A stretch of 32,000 nt of DNA from Desulfosporosinus sp. Sb-LF (lineage in GTDB: Bacteria; Bacillota; Desulfitobacteriia; Desulfitobacteriales; Desulfitobacteriaceae), in NCBI RefSeq assembly GCF_004766055.1, contig NZ_SPQR01000013.1, positions 53,829 through 85,828 of the forward strand. The letters run 5' to 3'. The translations under genes were made by a program, and so were the position numbers. Each line of letters opens with the position of its first letter. Position 1 is the first letter of the stretch. Shown here piece after piece: positions 8,866 through 17,993 of this stretch. The notes beneath the pieces were generated by a model, which was not told the origin of the DNA, did no database searches, and saw only the letters and a program-made list of their open reading frames with translations.

Positions 8866-9895
8866 GGAGCTTCTTTTACAACACAGCGCGTGGATGACTG
8901 AGACCGATTCTCCGGTTGTCATCAGTAGCAGGGTTCGTCTAGCGCGCAACCTTGAGGATTTTCCTTTCCCGCACGTTTTAAATCTAGAAGGCGCTGGTCA
9001 GATTGAACAGACTGTTTCAAAGGTTTTAACTGAGATAAAGGTGGACAATGGGCCCTTATCCTACCTATCCTTAACGGAGCTAAACAGCGTGGAACGTCAA
9101 GTGCTGATTGAAAAACATTTAATCAGTCCGAGTTTGGGCGGATTGTCCGGAGCGCGAGGTGTGGCGTTAGCTCATGATCACCGATATGCGGTGATGGTTA
9201 ACGAAGAAGATCATTTAAGAGTTCAAGTGCTTTTGCCTGGAAATCAGCTTCTAGAGACCCATCGCTTAGCTACAGAGCTCGACGATGCGCTGGAGGCAAA
9301 CCTTGATTTTGCTTATCGGGAAGGGCAAGGGTATCTCACGTCTTGCCCAACGAATGTGGGCACAGGGCTTAGAGCTTCGGTCATGGTTCATTTGCCTGGG
9401 TTGGTCATAACAAAGCAGGTGCAACAGGTTCTGGGAGCTTTGACACACTTAGGTCTAGCCGTGCGGGGTCTATATGGAGAGGGTTCTCAAGCCTTTGGAC
9501 ATATGTTCCAAGTCTCCAACCAAATTACCCTTGGGAAAAGTGAAGAAGATATTCTAACTCACTTGGAAGCGGTAACAGGACAAATTGTAGAACATGAACT
9601 ACGGGCCAGAGACCTTCTCCAAAAACAAATGCCGATATTATTAGAAGATAAAGTCTGGCGGGCAAGAGGGACTTTGCAAAATGCTCGACTACTCTCGTCA
9701 GAAGATGCTATGCATTTATTATCCCACGATCGCTTGGGGTCGGACATGGGGTTATTGCCCAGGATTAAAGATAGCTTTGCCTCATTGATTGTTGAATCCC
9801 GTCCTGGGTGTTTACAATATATCCTCGATCGGGAACTTGATCCCGGTCAGCGCGACGAAGAACGAGCGCGACTGATAAGAGAACGGGTCGCATGA
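8858..9895 (+). CDS. mcsB: Protein arginine kinase McsB
   Basis: Phosphagen-kinase-type signatures VVISSRVRLARNLEDFPFP, YLTSCPTNVGTGLRASVMVHLP; start placed at ATG 8858, overlapping the mcsA end. Confidence 0.96.
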   Translation: MRKELLLQHSAWMTETDSPVVISSRVRLARNLEDFPFPHVLNLEGAGQIEQTVSKVLTEIKVDNGPLSYLSLTELNSVERQVLIEKHLISPSLGGLSGARGVALAHDHRYAVMVNEEDHLRVQVLLPGNQLLETHRLATELDDALEANLDFAYREGQGYLTSCPTNVGTGLRASVMVHLPGLVITKQVQQVLGALTHLGLAVRGLYGEGSQAFGHMFQVSNQITLGKSEEDILTHLEAVTGQIVEHELRARDLLQKQMPILLEDKVWRARGTLQNARLLSSEDAMHLLSHDRLGSDMGLLPRIKDSFASLIVESRPGCLQYILDRELDPGQRDEERARLIRERVA

Positions 9896-10102
9896 TCTAA
9901 AGTTGAAGGCGTAATGTACAAAGCACAATTTCTGTTTTGTGACCTCAATATTTGGCAGAATAGGATGACTTTGTTTCCATTAAGTTGACCTTTGGGGTTT
10001 TGGGGCTTGAAATACGAATTTCGGGCTTGAACCTACTCGATGATAGATTTCGATACTAGATTAGTAAAGATACAAGCTCAACTATGAAAGGATGAAGAAA
10101 TA

Positions 10103-12544
10103 ATGAAGGGTCGTTACACTGAACGTGCAGAGAAAGTCTTAGCGATAGCCCATAACGAAGCCAAGCGGATGGGACATCCCGTGGTTGGGACGGAACACAT
10201 TTTGCTGGGACTGATTCAAGAAGGCGAGGGAATTGCTGCTCAGGCATTAACAGGCATGGGCTTAGATCTGGATAAGATTCGCAGTCAGGTTGAACAAATC
10301 ACTGGAGTTGGTCAGCCTAACAACGGAGAAGTGGCGTTTACACCGCGTGTCAAAAAGGTTCTAGAGTTGGCGAATGAAGAAGCACATCGCCAAGATGTCA
10401 ATTATATCGGGACAGAACACCTTCTCTTAGGTTTAATCATGGAAGGGGAGGGAATTGCAGCCCGCATTTTAGCAAACCTCAATGTGAGTCCGGAAAGAGT
10501 ATGGAAACAAGTGGTTAAACTTTTGGGTGGAGAATTGGATGAATCAGCGATCCCTGCGTCCAATGCCATACCGACGTCGAAAAATGCTGGTCCTGCGAAT
10601 ACACCCGCGCTCAATGAGTTTGGAAGGGATCTTACACTGCAAGCTCGCGAAGGTCGCCTTGACCCAGTGATTGGAAGAGAAAAAGAAATTGAAAGAGTTA
10701 TCCAGGTCTTAAGTCGACGTTCGAAAAACAATCCAGCCCTGATTGGGGAACCTGGTGTCGGTAAAACAGCCATAGCTGAAGGATTAGCGCAGGGAATTGT
10801 TAGCAATCGGGTACCTGAAACCTTGATTAACAAACGAGTGATTACGTTAGACCTTTCGGCGATGGTCGCTGGAAGTAAATACCGCGGTGAGTTTGAAGAG
10901 CGCTTGAAGAAGGTTATGGAGGAGATTCGCGCGGATGGAAATATTATTCTATTCATTGATGAATTACACACCCTTATTGGAGCAGGGGCTGCAGAAGGTG
11001 CGATTGATGCGGCGAATATTCTAAAACCTGCCTTGGCCCGAGGTGAGCTTCAGTGCATCGGGGCCACAACCTTAGAAGAATACCGGAAATACATTGAGAA
11101 GGATACGGCTTTAGAGCGCCGTTTCCAACCAATCACTGTGGGTGAACCGACTGTCGAAGAGGCCATTCAGATTCTTTTCGGGTTACGAGATCGTTATGAG
11201 GCTCATCATCGGGTGAAGATTTCAGATGAAGCGATTGAGGCAGCGGCTCGACTATCCGATCGGTATGTCGCCGATCGATTCTTACCAGACAAAGCTATTG
11301 ATTTAATGGATGAAGCCGCATCACGAGTTCGTCTCGCTAGTTATACCACACCGCCTGATTTAAAATTACTTGAAGAAGAAACTGGACGCCTAAAGAAAGA
11401 AAAAGAAGCGGCGGTTTCCAGCCAGGAATTTGAGAAGGCGGCGCAAATCCGTGATCAAGAACAAAAACTCCGTGTAGAGCTTGCTGAACAACGAGAGCAA
11501 TGGCAGAATCAGCGTTACAAAGACAATGCGATGGTTACTGAAGATGATATAGCTCAGATTGTGGCGAGCTGGACGGGAATCCCTGTTAAGAAGTTAGCCC
11601 AGGAGGAAAGCGAACGCCTCCTGCATTTGGAGGAACTCTTGCATCAACGGTTAATCGGACAGGAGGATGCCGTTACAGCAGTGGCTAGGGCGGTCCGCCG
11701 CGCTCGGGCAGGATTAAAAGATCCCAAGCGCCCAATAGGCTCCTTTATCTTTCTTGGACCAACAGGGGTCGGGAAAACTGAACTAGGTCGTGCCTTAGCA
11801 GAAGCAATGTTCGGGGATGAAAAGGCATTGATTCGCATCGATATGTCGGAGTATATGGAAAAACATGCGGTCTCTCGGTTAGTAGGAGCGCCTCCGGGAT
11901 ATATCGGACATGACGAAGGGGGTCAACTTACTGAATCGGTAAGACGTAAACCCTACAGTGTGGTTTTGCTAGATGAGATAGAAAAGGCACATCCTGAAGT
12001 GTTTAATATTTTACTGCAAGTACTTGAAGATGGGCGGCTAACAGACACTAAGGGAAGGACCGTCGATTTTCGAAATACGGTGATCATCATGACTTCCAAC
12101 GTGGGATCGTCCTTCTTGAAGAAGGAAGCAATGGGGTTCGCTCCGAAAAAAGATGAGAAAACTGATTATAAAAATATGCGTGGACATGTTATGGAAGAGC
12201 TTAAGCGCTCTTTCCGACCAGAGTTCCTAAATCGTATTGACGAGTTAGTAGTTTTCCATTCCCTCCAAGAGGAACATTTGGAGAAGATCACGGAAATCTT
12301 GATGAGCCAGGTAAACAAACGGTTGAGTGATCATGGCTTGGATTTACAGACTGAGAAAAGTGCCATTAAATTGATTGCTAAAGAGGGAAATGATCCGGTT
12401 TTCGGAGCTCGTCCAATCCGGCGTGCCATCCAACGTTTGATCGAAGATGCTCTTTCTGAGAAAATTATCGAGGGAGAATTTAAAGCCGGTGATAAGATCG
12501 GCGTTGAAGCAGTAGATGGGAAAATGAAGTTTTCTAAGAAGTAA
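10103..12544 (+). CDS. clpC: ATP-dependent Clp protease ATPase subunit ClpC
   Basis: Two Clp N repeats, Walker [16 protein letters not shown] and [19 protein letters not shown] middle region, C-terminal ClpB D2-small domain. Confidence 0.98.
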   Translation: MKGRYTERAEKVLAIAHNEAKRMGHPVVGTEHILLGLIQEGEGIAAQALTGMGLDLDKIRSQVEQITGVGQPNNGEVAFTPRVKKVLELANEEAHRQDVNYIGTEHLLLGLIMEGEGIAARILANLNVSPERVWKQVVKLLGGELDESAIPASNAIPTSKNAGPANTPALNEFGRDLTLQAREGRLDPVIGREKEIERVIQVLSRRSKNNPALIGEPGVGKTAIAEGLAQGIVSNRVPETLINKRVITLDLSAMVAGSKYRGEFEERLKKVMEEIRADGNIILFIDELHTLIGAGAAEGAIDAANILKPALARGELQCIGATTLEEYRKYIEKDTALERRFQPITVGEPTVEEAIQILFGLRDRYEAHHRVKISDEAIEAAARLSDRYVADRFLPDKAIDLMDEAASRVRLASYTTPPDLKLLEEETGRLKKEKEAAVSSQEFEKAAQIRDQEQKLRVELAEQREQWQNQRYKDNAMVTEDDIAQIVASWTGIPVKKLAQEESERLLHLEELLHQRLIGQEDAVTAVARAVRRARAGLKDPKRPIGSFIFLGPTGVGKTELGRALAEAMFGDEKALIRIDMSEYMEKHAVSRLVGAPPGYIGHDEGGQLTESVRRKPYSVVLLDEIEKAHPEVFNILLQVLEDGRLTDTKGRTVDFRNTVIIMTSNVGSSFLKKEAMGFAPKKDEKTDYKNMRGHVMEELKRSFRPEFLNRIDELVVFHSLQEEHLEKITEILMSQVNKRLSDHGLDLQTEKSAIKLIAKEGNDPVFGARPIRRAIQRLIEDALSEKIIEGEFKAGDKIGVEAVDGKMKFSKK

Positions 12545-12607
12545 ACGGTGTAGTAGGGGCAATTCATTAATTGCCCCTACTACAATTTGAGATGGAGCGT
12601 TGTATGT

Positions 12608-13996
12608 ATGAAGACCAAGATGATTTACAGATGTTCTAATTGCGGATCAGAAAGCCCTAAATGGATGGGTAAGTGTCAAAGCTGTGATTCTTGGAATACC
12701 TATGAAGAAGTAATAAGTCAACCTAAAACGACATCTTCAAAGAGTCAAAGAAAGACATCCGCCAAGAGATTATCTGAGGTTTTAGCGGGAAACAGTGATC
12801 GGATTGTGACGAGTATTCATGAATTTAACCGAGTTCTGGGTGGGGGAATCGTTCGAGATTCCATCATCATCTTGACTGCAAGGCCAGGCGCAGGAAAATC
12901 AACGTTGCTCCTGCAAGTGGCCGATGATGTTGCTTCTAAAGGATACAAGGTTCTATATGCTTCTGCCGAAGAAAGTGACAGTCAAATTAAAAATAGGTCA
13001 GACAGAATCCTAAATGGAAGTAGGAGCAACATCTGGTTATATTCGGATACAAGCATGAATAACGTTCTTGATTCGATTGAGGAAATAGACCCAGATTTGA
13101 TTATCATCGATAGTATCCAAACCTTTACTCTCCAAGAGCACAATTCCCGCCCAGGCTCACCCATTCAGACGATGGAGTGTGCTAACGAACTCTTAAAAGT
13201 AGCAAAGAATAACAGCCGTCCCAGAGCCGTAATCATGGTCGGGCAAATGACGAAAGATGATGAAATAGCCGGACTACGGGCCTTAGAGCATCTTGTCGAT
13301 GCTGTGTTAATCTTGAACGGTGAAAATGGGGAAGAATTGCGGGGAGCCTGGTGCTCCAAGAACAGATTCGGGAGCACGGGCGAAATAGGCTTTTTCTCCA
13401 TGACCGAACAAGGGATGTTATCGATTGACAATCCATCTGAGTTTTTTATGACTCAAAGAGGAGAGGGACAAAAAGTTTCAGGTAGTGCTTTAGCCGTCAT
13501 CAAAGAGGGGACACGCCCGATTATCGTGGAAATTGAAAGTCTGGTCTCGAAGTCTTTTACACCCTATCCGTCAAGAATTGCAGAGTGCTTGAGAAGAGAT
13601 CAATTAAATACTCTGATTTCGATTTTGGAACAAAGAGGGAAGATTAATCTCTACGATAAAAATGTTGTGATTAAAACCACAGGTGGGCTTCAACTTAAAG
13701 AACAAGCGGTAAGTTTGGCCATCATTATGTGTATTGTTTCCTCGGTGAAGGATAAAGCAATTCCCAATGACACAGTGTTTGTAGCGGATGTGGGACTTAC
13801 TGGGGAACTCAAAAAGGTACCTTCGATTGAGGCACGTATAAGAGAAATAGATCGGATGGGATTCAGACGTGTCTATGTCGCAAAAAATACAGTCAGAGAT
13901 GTAGCGAGGTTTAAGAATCTGGAAATCATAGAGCTCAACACGTTGTATGATGTGATTATGCACTTGAATATGAAGACTGTAGCTAAGGATCAATAG
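12608..13996 (+). CDS. radA: RadA/Sms-like DNA repair ATPase, divergent
   Basis: Zinc finger CSNCGSESPKWMGKCQSCDSWNTYEE, KNRFGSTGEIGFFSM motif, C-terminal Lon-like domain; P-loop reads ARPGAGKST. Confidence 0.88.
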   Translation: MKTKMIYRCSNCGSESPKWMGKCQSCDSWNTYEEVISQPKTTSSKSQRKTSAKRLSEVLAGNSDRIVTSIHEFNRVLGGGIVRDSIIILTARPGAGKSTLLLQVADDVASKGYKVLYASAEESDSQIKNRSDRILNGSRSNIWLYSDTSMNNVLDSIEEIDPDLIIIDSIQTFTLQEHNSRPGSPIQTMECANELLKVAKNNSRPRAVIMVGQMTKDDEIAGLRALEHLVDAVLILNGENGEELRGAWCSKNRFGSTGEIGFFSMTEQGMLSIDNPSEFFMTQRGEGQKVSGSALAVIKEGTRPIIVEIESLVSKSFTPYPSRIAECLRRDQLNTLISILEQRGKINLYDKNVVIKTTGGLQLKEQAVSLAIIMCIVSSVKDKAIPNDTVFVADVGLTGELKKVPSIEARIREIDRMGFRRVYVAKNTVRDVARFKNLEIIELNTLYDVIMHLNMKTVAKDQ

Positions 13997-14123
13997 GATG
14001 GCTTCTAATGTTGATAGAGCGAACCTCATAGTTAATCGTCTCAATAGCTGGACCCGGAAATGGTTATGTAGGCAGGCCTGAGTGTTTTTGATCTCATCAA
14101 AGAGTTAGGAATTATGAGGTTTG

Positions 14124-14152
14124 TTGAGATCCGTATATAGTTATCCCATAAT
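14124..14152 (+). promoter_or_regulatory. Candidate sigma-A promoter upstream of hgcA
   Basis: TTGAGA-17 nt-CATAAT ending about 38 bp before the hgcA ATG. Confidence 0.5.
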
Positions 14153-14190
14153 ACTATAGAGTTATCGTTATTTAGTAGGGGGTTAGAAAC

Positions 14191-15198
14191 ATGGAGATAA
14201 CGTTGAGAGAAACTAAAATTACGCAAACATCCACTCACTTGATGGCGAGTGATATTATAGGTTCATGGAAGGCCCGTTGGGGAATTGGTCGAATGAATTA
14301 TAGGGTTGAGCCTGGCCTTTATAGCGTGGGAAAACCTGACAGTAATTCGCCTGTCTTGGTTTCAGCTAATTACAAACTCAGCTTCGATATGTTAAGAAAA
14401 GAATTAACGGGATTGGATGTCTGGATTTTAATCCTCGATACTAAGGGGATTAATGTGTGGTGTGCTGCGGGAAAGGGTACATTTGGAACGAATGAGCTAT
14501 TGAACCGTATTACACTTGTTCAACTAGGGAAGGTAGTTTCTCACAAAACGGTTATTTTGCCACAGTTGGGGGCACCGGGGGTGAGTGCTCACGAGGTTTC
14601 AAAGTATTCGGGTTTTAAGGTCCTTTATGGCCCGGTGAAGGCAAAGGATATAAAGGAATTTCTCAATTCGGGAATGAAAGCTACCACTGACATGCGGACG
14701 GTCAAGTTCGAAGTCTACGATAGACTGGTTTTGACGCCTATAGAATTGGTCGGTACTTTTAAAGTTTCTTTAATGATTTTTGGCATACTCTTTATCTTAA
14801 ATCTCCTTGGCGTGGGACCGTTTGGTGGGGTTGATCTCTACGCCTATCTGGGCGCCGTCATCGCAGGATGTGTTTTAACCCCAATCTTGTTGCCCTGGGT
14901 CCCTGGCAGGGCTTTCTCCTGGAAGGGTTGGGTCGTAGGATTTATTTGGGCCGTCGCAGTGAATGTACTTAATGGTTGGAATGGATGGACGGCTGTACCA
15001 CAATATGGTTTATTGAGAGCTTTGGGATATCTGCTGATTTTGCCGTCTGTATCAGCGTTTTATGCCATGAACTTTACCGGATCTTCGACGTACACTTCCT
15101 TTTCAGGAGTTTTGAAAGAGATGAGAATAGCAGTTCCAGCGATAGTCATTTCTATTAGCTTAGGGATCGTGTTGATCCTGATTAACAGCTTTATTTAA
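14191..15198 (+). CDS. hgcA: HgcA, corrinoid membrane protein for mercury methylation
   Basis: Cap-helix motif GINVWCAAGKGTFGTNEL (Cys91 in this ORF), N-terminal corrinoid-binding-type domain, then about five predicted TM segments; followed directly by hgcB. Confidence 0.95.
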   Translation: MEITLRETKITQTSTHLMASDIIGSWKARWGIGRMNYRVEPGLYSVGKPDSNSPVLVSANYKLSFDMLRKELTGLDVWILILDTKGINVWCAAGKGTFGTNELLNRITLVQLGKVVSHKTVILPQLGAPGVSAHEVSKYSGFKVLYGPVKAKDIKEFLNSGMKATTDMRTVKFEVYDRLVLTPIELVGTFKVSLMIFGILFILNLLGVGPFGGVDLYAYLGAVIAGCVLTPILLPWVPGRAFSWKGWVVGFIWAVAVNVLNGWNGWTAVPQYGLLRALGYLLILPSVSAFYAMNFTGSSTYTSFSGVLKEMRIAVPAIVISISLGIVLILINSFI

Positions 15199-15220
15199 CC
15201 TAGTAAGGAGTTGATTTTCC

Positions 15221-15520
15221 ATGAGGCATCAATATTTAAAGAATGTTACGACGTTGAAACTGAAGTCGGATAGGTGTAAGGGCTGTGGAAAGTGTCTTGA
15301 GGTTTGTCCGCATAAGGTATTTTCTTTAAATAATGGCAAATCAGATATCGTCGATATAGATCGATGCATGGAATGTGGTGCGTGTGTTAAAAACTGTCCG
15401 TTTAATGCATTAGAAGTAAAGCCAGGTGTTGGTTGTGCTTTCGCGATCATTATGGGCTGGCTGACTGGAACTGAACCGAGCTGCGATTGTTCGGGTGACA
15501 ACGGCGGAAGTTGCTGCTAG
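15221..15520 (+). CDS. hgcB: HgcB, 2[4Fe-4S] ferredoxin partner of HgcA
   Basis: CKGCGKCLEVCP and CMECGACVKNCP cluster motifs, extra Cys (GVGCAF), C-terminal vicinal CC, 22 bp downstream of hgcA. Confidence 0.95.
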   Translation: MRHQYLKNVTTLKLKSDRCKGCGKCLEVCPHKVFSLNNGKSDIVDIDRCMECGACVKNCPFNALEVKPGVGCAFAIIMGWLTGTEPSCDCSGDNGGSCC

Positions 15521-15546
15521 CTGGTCAGATGGCATACAAAATAATT

Positions 15547-15583
15547 AAGTCCCATGCTAACAATTTGTAGCATGGGACTTTTT
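15547..15583. terminator. Bidirectional-type terminator between hgcB and nitroreductase gene
   Basis: AAGTCCCATGCTA-ACAATTTG-TAGCATGGGACTT perfect 13-bp stem followed by TTT. Confidence 0.87.
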
Positions 15584-15620
15584 GAATACTCCTAGTAACC
15601 TTATTCTACTAACTTTTTTA

Positions 15621-16145
15621 TTAGAACGTCTCATACCAAACCGTGTTATCAATACTCTTGCGTAAGGTACTATGTCTCTCCGAGGATACTGGTTCGCTGG
15701 CTGAATATCCTATTGCTAAAATATTTAATGGCTCGAAATTATCGGGTAGTTTAAATTCGTCTCGTATAATTTTCTCATTAAAATAACAAATCCAACACGT
15801 TCCCAGTTCTAGCTCTGTCGCTTGCAACATCATATGATCAGTTACAATGCTAGCATCAATCTCAGCGATATCTTTACCATCGTGGGGCCTTTTCCATGAA
15901 ACACTATGGTCAGCACAGATGATCAACGCTAGAGGTGCCCCATATACATTGGCGCCTTTGGCCAGTTTCTCTAATCCCTCTTTCTCTCGAATAACAAGGA
16001 TCCTTTGGGGTTGAGTATTTGCGCCAGTAGGAGCAATTCTACCTGCCTCAAGGATCTTTTGTAATTTTCCCTCGTCGACCTTTTTGGGTCCATACTTACG
16101 TATTGAAGATCTTTTTTTAGCCAATTCCAAAAAACTCATTTGCAA
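15621..16145 (-). CDS. Nitroreductase family protein
   Basis: FLELAKKRSSIRKYGPKKVDEGKLQKILEAGRIAPTGANTQPQRILVI is the nitroreductase N-terminal signature. Confidence 0.92.
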   Translation of the reverse strand: MQMSFLELAKKRSSIRKYGPKKVDEGKLQKILEAGRIAPTGANTQPQRILVIREKEGLEKLAKGANVYGAPLALIICADHSVSWKRPHDGKDIAEIDASIVTDHMMLQATELELGTCWICYFNEKIIRDEFKLPDNFEPLNILAIGYSASEPVSSERHSTLRKSIDNTVWYETF

Positions 16146-16265
16146 TCACCCTTTCAGATATTAGCAATTATTATAGCAGAAATAAAATCAGATATGAAAT
16201 GTGAGTACCATGAGTACTGAAATGGGGCAATGAACTTGGCAAAGAGAAGAAATTAAGGATATCTC

Positions 16266-16292
16266 AGTTATCTCAGAAATTCTAAGATAACT
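16266..16292. promoter_or_regulatory. Imperfect palindrome/hairpin upstream of the DsrE-like/dehydratase operon
   Basis: AGTTATCTCAG-AAATT-CTAAGATAACT, 10 of 11 positions paired. Confidence 0.5.
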
Positions 16293-16356
16293 CTTTTGCG
16301 CATAGGTATTTAGTGATAAACTGGTATAAATAAAAAATTATAGTTGGAGGCAAGAT

Positions 16357-16698
16357 ATGATGTCATTTGCTTACTTAATCACCTCAGATACCATTGGCCA
16401 TCAAGATTCGGAACTGGGTAAACGCCTGATGCACAGTTTCTTCATTAAGCTCTTGGAGGCTGCTGAGAAACCATCCCATATTCTCTTTCTCGAAACTGGT
16501 GTTAAGCTTCTATTACCCGAATTTACGGCTGTTGATGCCCTGAAGATTTTAGCGGAGGAATTCGGTGTAACACTGTTGGCCTGTGTAACCTGTCTAGATT
16601 ATTACGGTATCAGGGATAAGATCGAGGTCGGTGAGGTTTCCACCATGCACGAGATTATCAATGTTATGCACCAAAGCAATAAAGTGATACATATTTAG
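16357..16698 (+). CDS. DsrE/DsrF-like family protein
   Basis: 113 aa, fold-like pattern FFIKLLEAAEKPSHILFLETGVKLLLPEFTAVDALKILAEEFGVTLLACVTCLDYYGIRDKIEVGEVSTMHEIINVM typical of the sulfur-relay/DsrE-like family. Confidence 0.78.
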   Translation: MMSFAYLITSDTIGHQDSELGKRLMHSFFIKLLEAAEKPSHILFLETGVKLLLPEFTAVDALKILAEEFGVTLLACVTCLDYYGIRDKIEVGEVSTMHEIINVMHQSNKVIHI

Positions 16699-16724
16699 AG
16701 AGTCGAAACGAGGAGGAAAAAAGA

Positions 16725-17993
16725 ATGGATAACAGAGAATTATGGACAGCCCTGGGGATGGATTTAGAGAAACATGATGATTTCCTGGCCCCTATTCCAG
16801 AGGTTTATACGAACTTATTTTTAAATCGGCCTAATCGTCCGAAAGCGATGGGGTATTTTGACATGGTAGTTGGAGATGTGCATGGGATTCGCGTGCACGA
16901 ACTTTATGCCATGAAGGAAGCGGGAGCTAAGGTATTCTCGACCTTTTGCGTCTATGTTCCAGAGGAAATTGTCGTGGCAACAGGGAGTGCCAGCATTGGA
17001 TTATGTGCTGGGGCCCAGTATACGGTCTCTTCAGGAGAAAAAGTCTTGCCTCGCAACCTTTGTCCGCTGATTAAGTCCACTATGGGCTTTAAACTTGATC
17101 GAATTTGTCCGTATTTTCAAATCTCCGATTGGGTCATCGGGGAGACGACGTGTGACGGAAAGAAGAAAGCGTGGGAAATTCTCAATGAACACATCCCGAC
17201 CTATGTGATGGAGCTCCCGCAAAAGAAAGAAGCTAAAGACGCCCGCCTATGGGAAGAGGAAGTGCGTGAATTTGCCTCCTTTATTGAGCGCGAGACTAAG
17301 GTTGACTTAACTGCTGAGAATCTTGCCCAGGGTATCCAGACGATTAACAATAAACGTCAAGCACTTCAAAGGTTAGCCAATCTGAGAAAACATAACCCAG
17401 CCCCTATTCAAGGCTTAGATGTTCTGCTGATCAATCAACTCTCCTTCTTTGACGATCCAGTGCGCTTTACTGCTCAAGTCAATGCTCTGTGTGACGAACT
17501 AGATGAGCGAGTTAAGGCGGAGATTGGAGTGGCACCTGCTGATGCACCTAGGATTTTAGTGACGGGAACTCCGCAACCGCTTCCAGCTTGGAAACTTCAT
17601 GCTTTAATCGAACAAGCCGGGGCAGTCGTCGTTGGAGAGGAAACTTGCACGGGAGAGCGCTATTATAAGGACGTCACTGAGTCTGCGGAGAACGTATCGG
17701 ATATGCTCGCTAATATTGCTAAGCGCCCCTTAAAGGTGAATTGTGCTTGTTTTACGCCAAATCAAGGACGTATGGAAGACATTACTCGCATGGCCGAAAC
17801 TTTAAAAGCCGATGCCGTGATTGATTTTACCCTTCAGTTCTGTCAGCCCTATGGCGTGGAAAGCTATTTTGTGGGTAAGGAAATGGAAAAGAAAAAAATT
17901 CCTTTCTTGCGCTTAGAAAGCGATTTTTCTGAAGAGGATCAGGGGCAACTCTTGACCCGAATTGAAGCCTTAATCGAGATGATTCGCGCATGA
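16725..17993 (+). CDS. 2-hydroxyacyl-CoA dehydratase D-family / double-cubane cluster-type protein
   Basis: KEAGAKVFSTFCVYVPEEIVVATGSASIGLCAGAQ, LCPLIKSTMGFK, ETTCDGKKKAWEIL; gene-coupled to a BcrA/BadF-type activase. Confidence 0.9.
   Translation: MDNRELWTALGMDLEKHDDFLAPIPEVYTNLFLNRPNRPKAMGYFDMVVGDVHGIRVHELYAMKEAGAKVFSTFCVYVPEEIVVATGSASIGLCAGAQYTVSSGEKVLPRNLCPLIKSTMGFKLDRICPYFQISDWVIGETTCDGKKKAWEILNEHIPTYVMELPQKKEAKDARLWEEEVREFASFIERETKVDLTAENLAQGIQTINNKRQALQRLANLRKHNPAPIQGLDVLLINQLSFFDDPVRFTAQVNALCDELDERVKAEIGVAPADAPRILVTGTPQPLPAWKLHALIEQAGAVVVGEETCTGERYYKDVTESAENVSDMLANIAKRPLKVNCACFTPNQGRMEDITRMAETLKADAVIDFTLQFCQPYGVESYFVGKEMEKKKIPFLRLESDFSEEDQGQLLTRIEALIEMIRA

Noticed and set aside
9985-10005. 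GTTGACCTTTGGGG upstream of clpC as a second CtsR box (reverse-strand GGTCAA half-site)
   Set aside because: Only one half-site is convincing; the second heptad is absent, unlike the clear tandem repeat at 7779..7794.
10402-10971. 189-aa minus-strand ORF inside clpC
   Set aside because: Entirely antisense to a well-conserved clpC region.
13604-14044. 146-aa minus-strand ORF
   Set aside because: Mostly antisense to radA with no recognisable motif; likely spurious.
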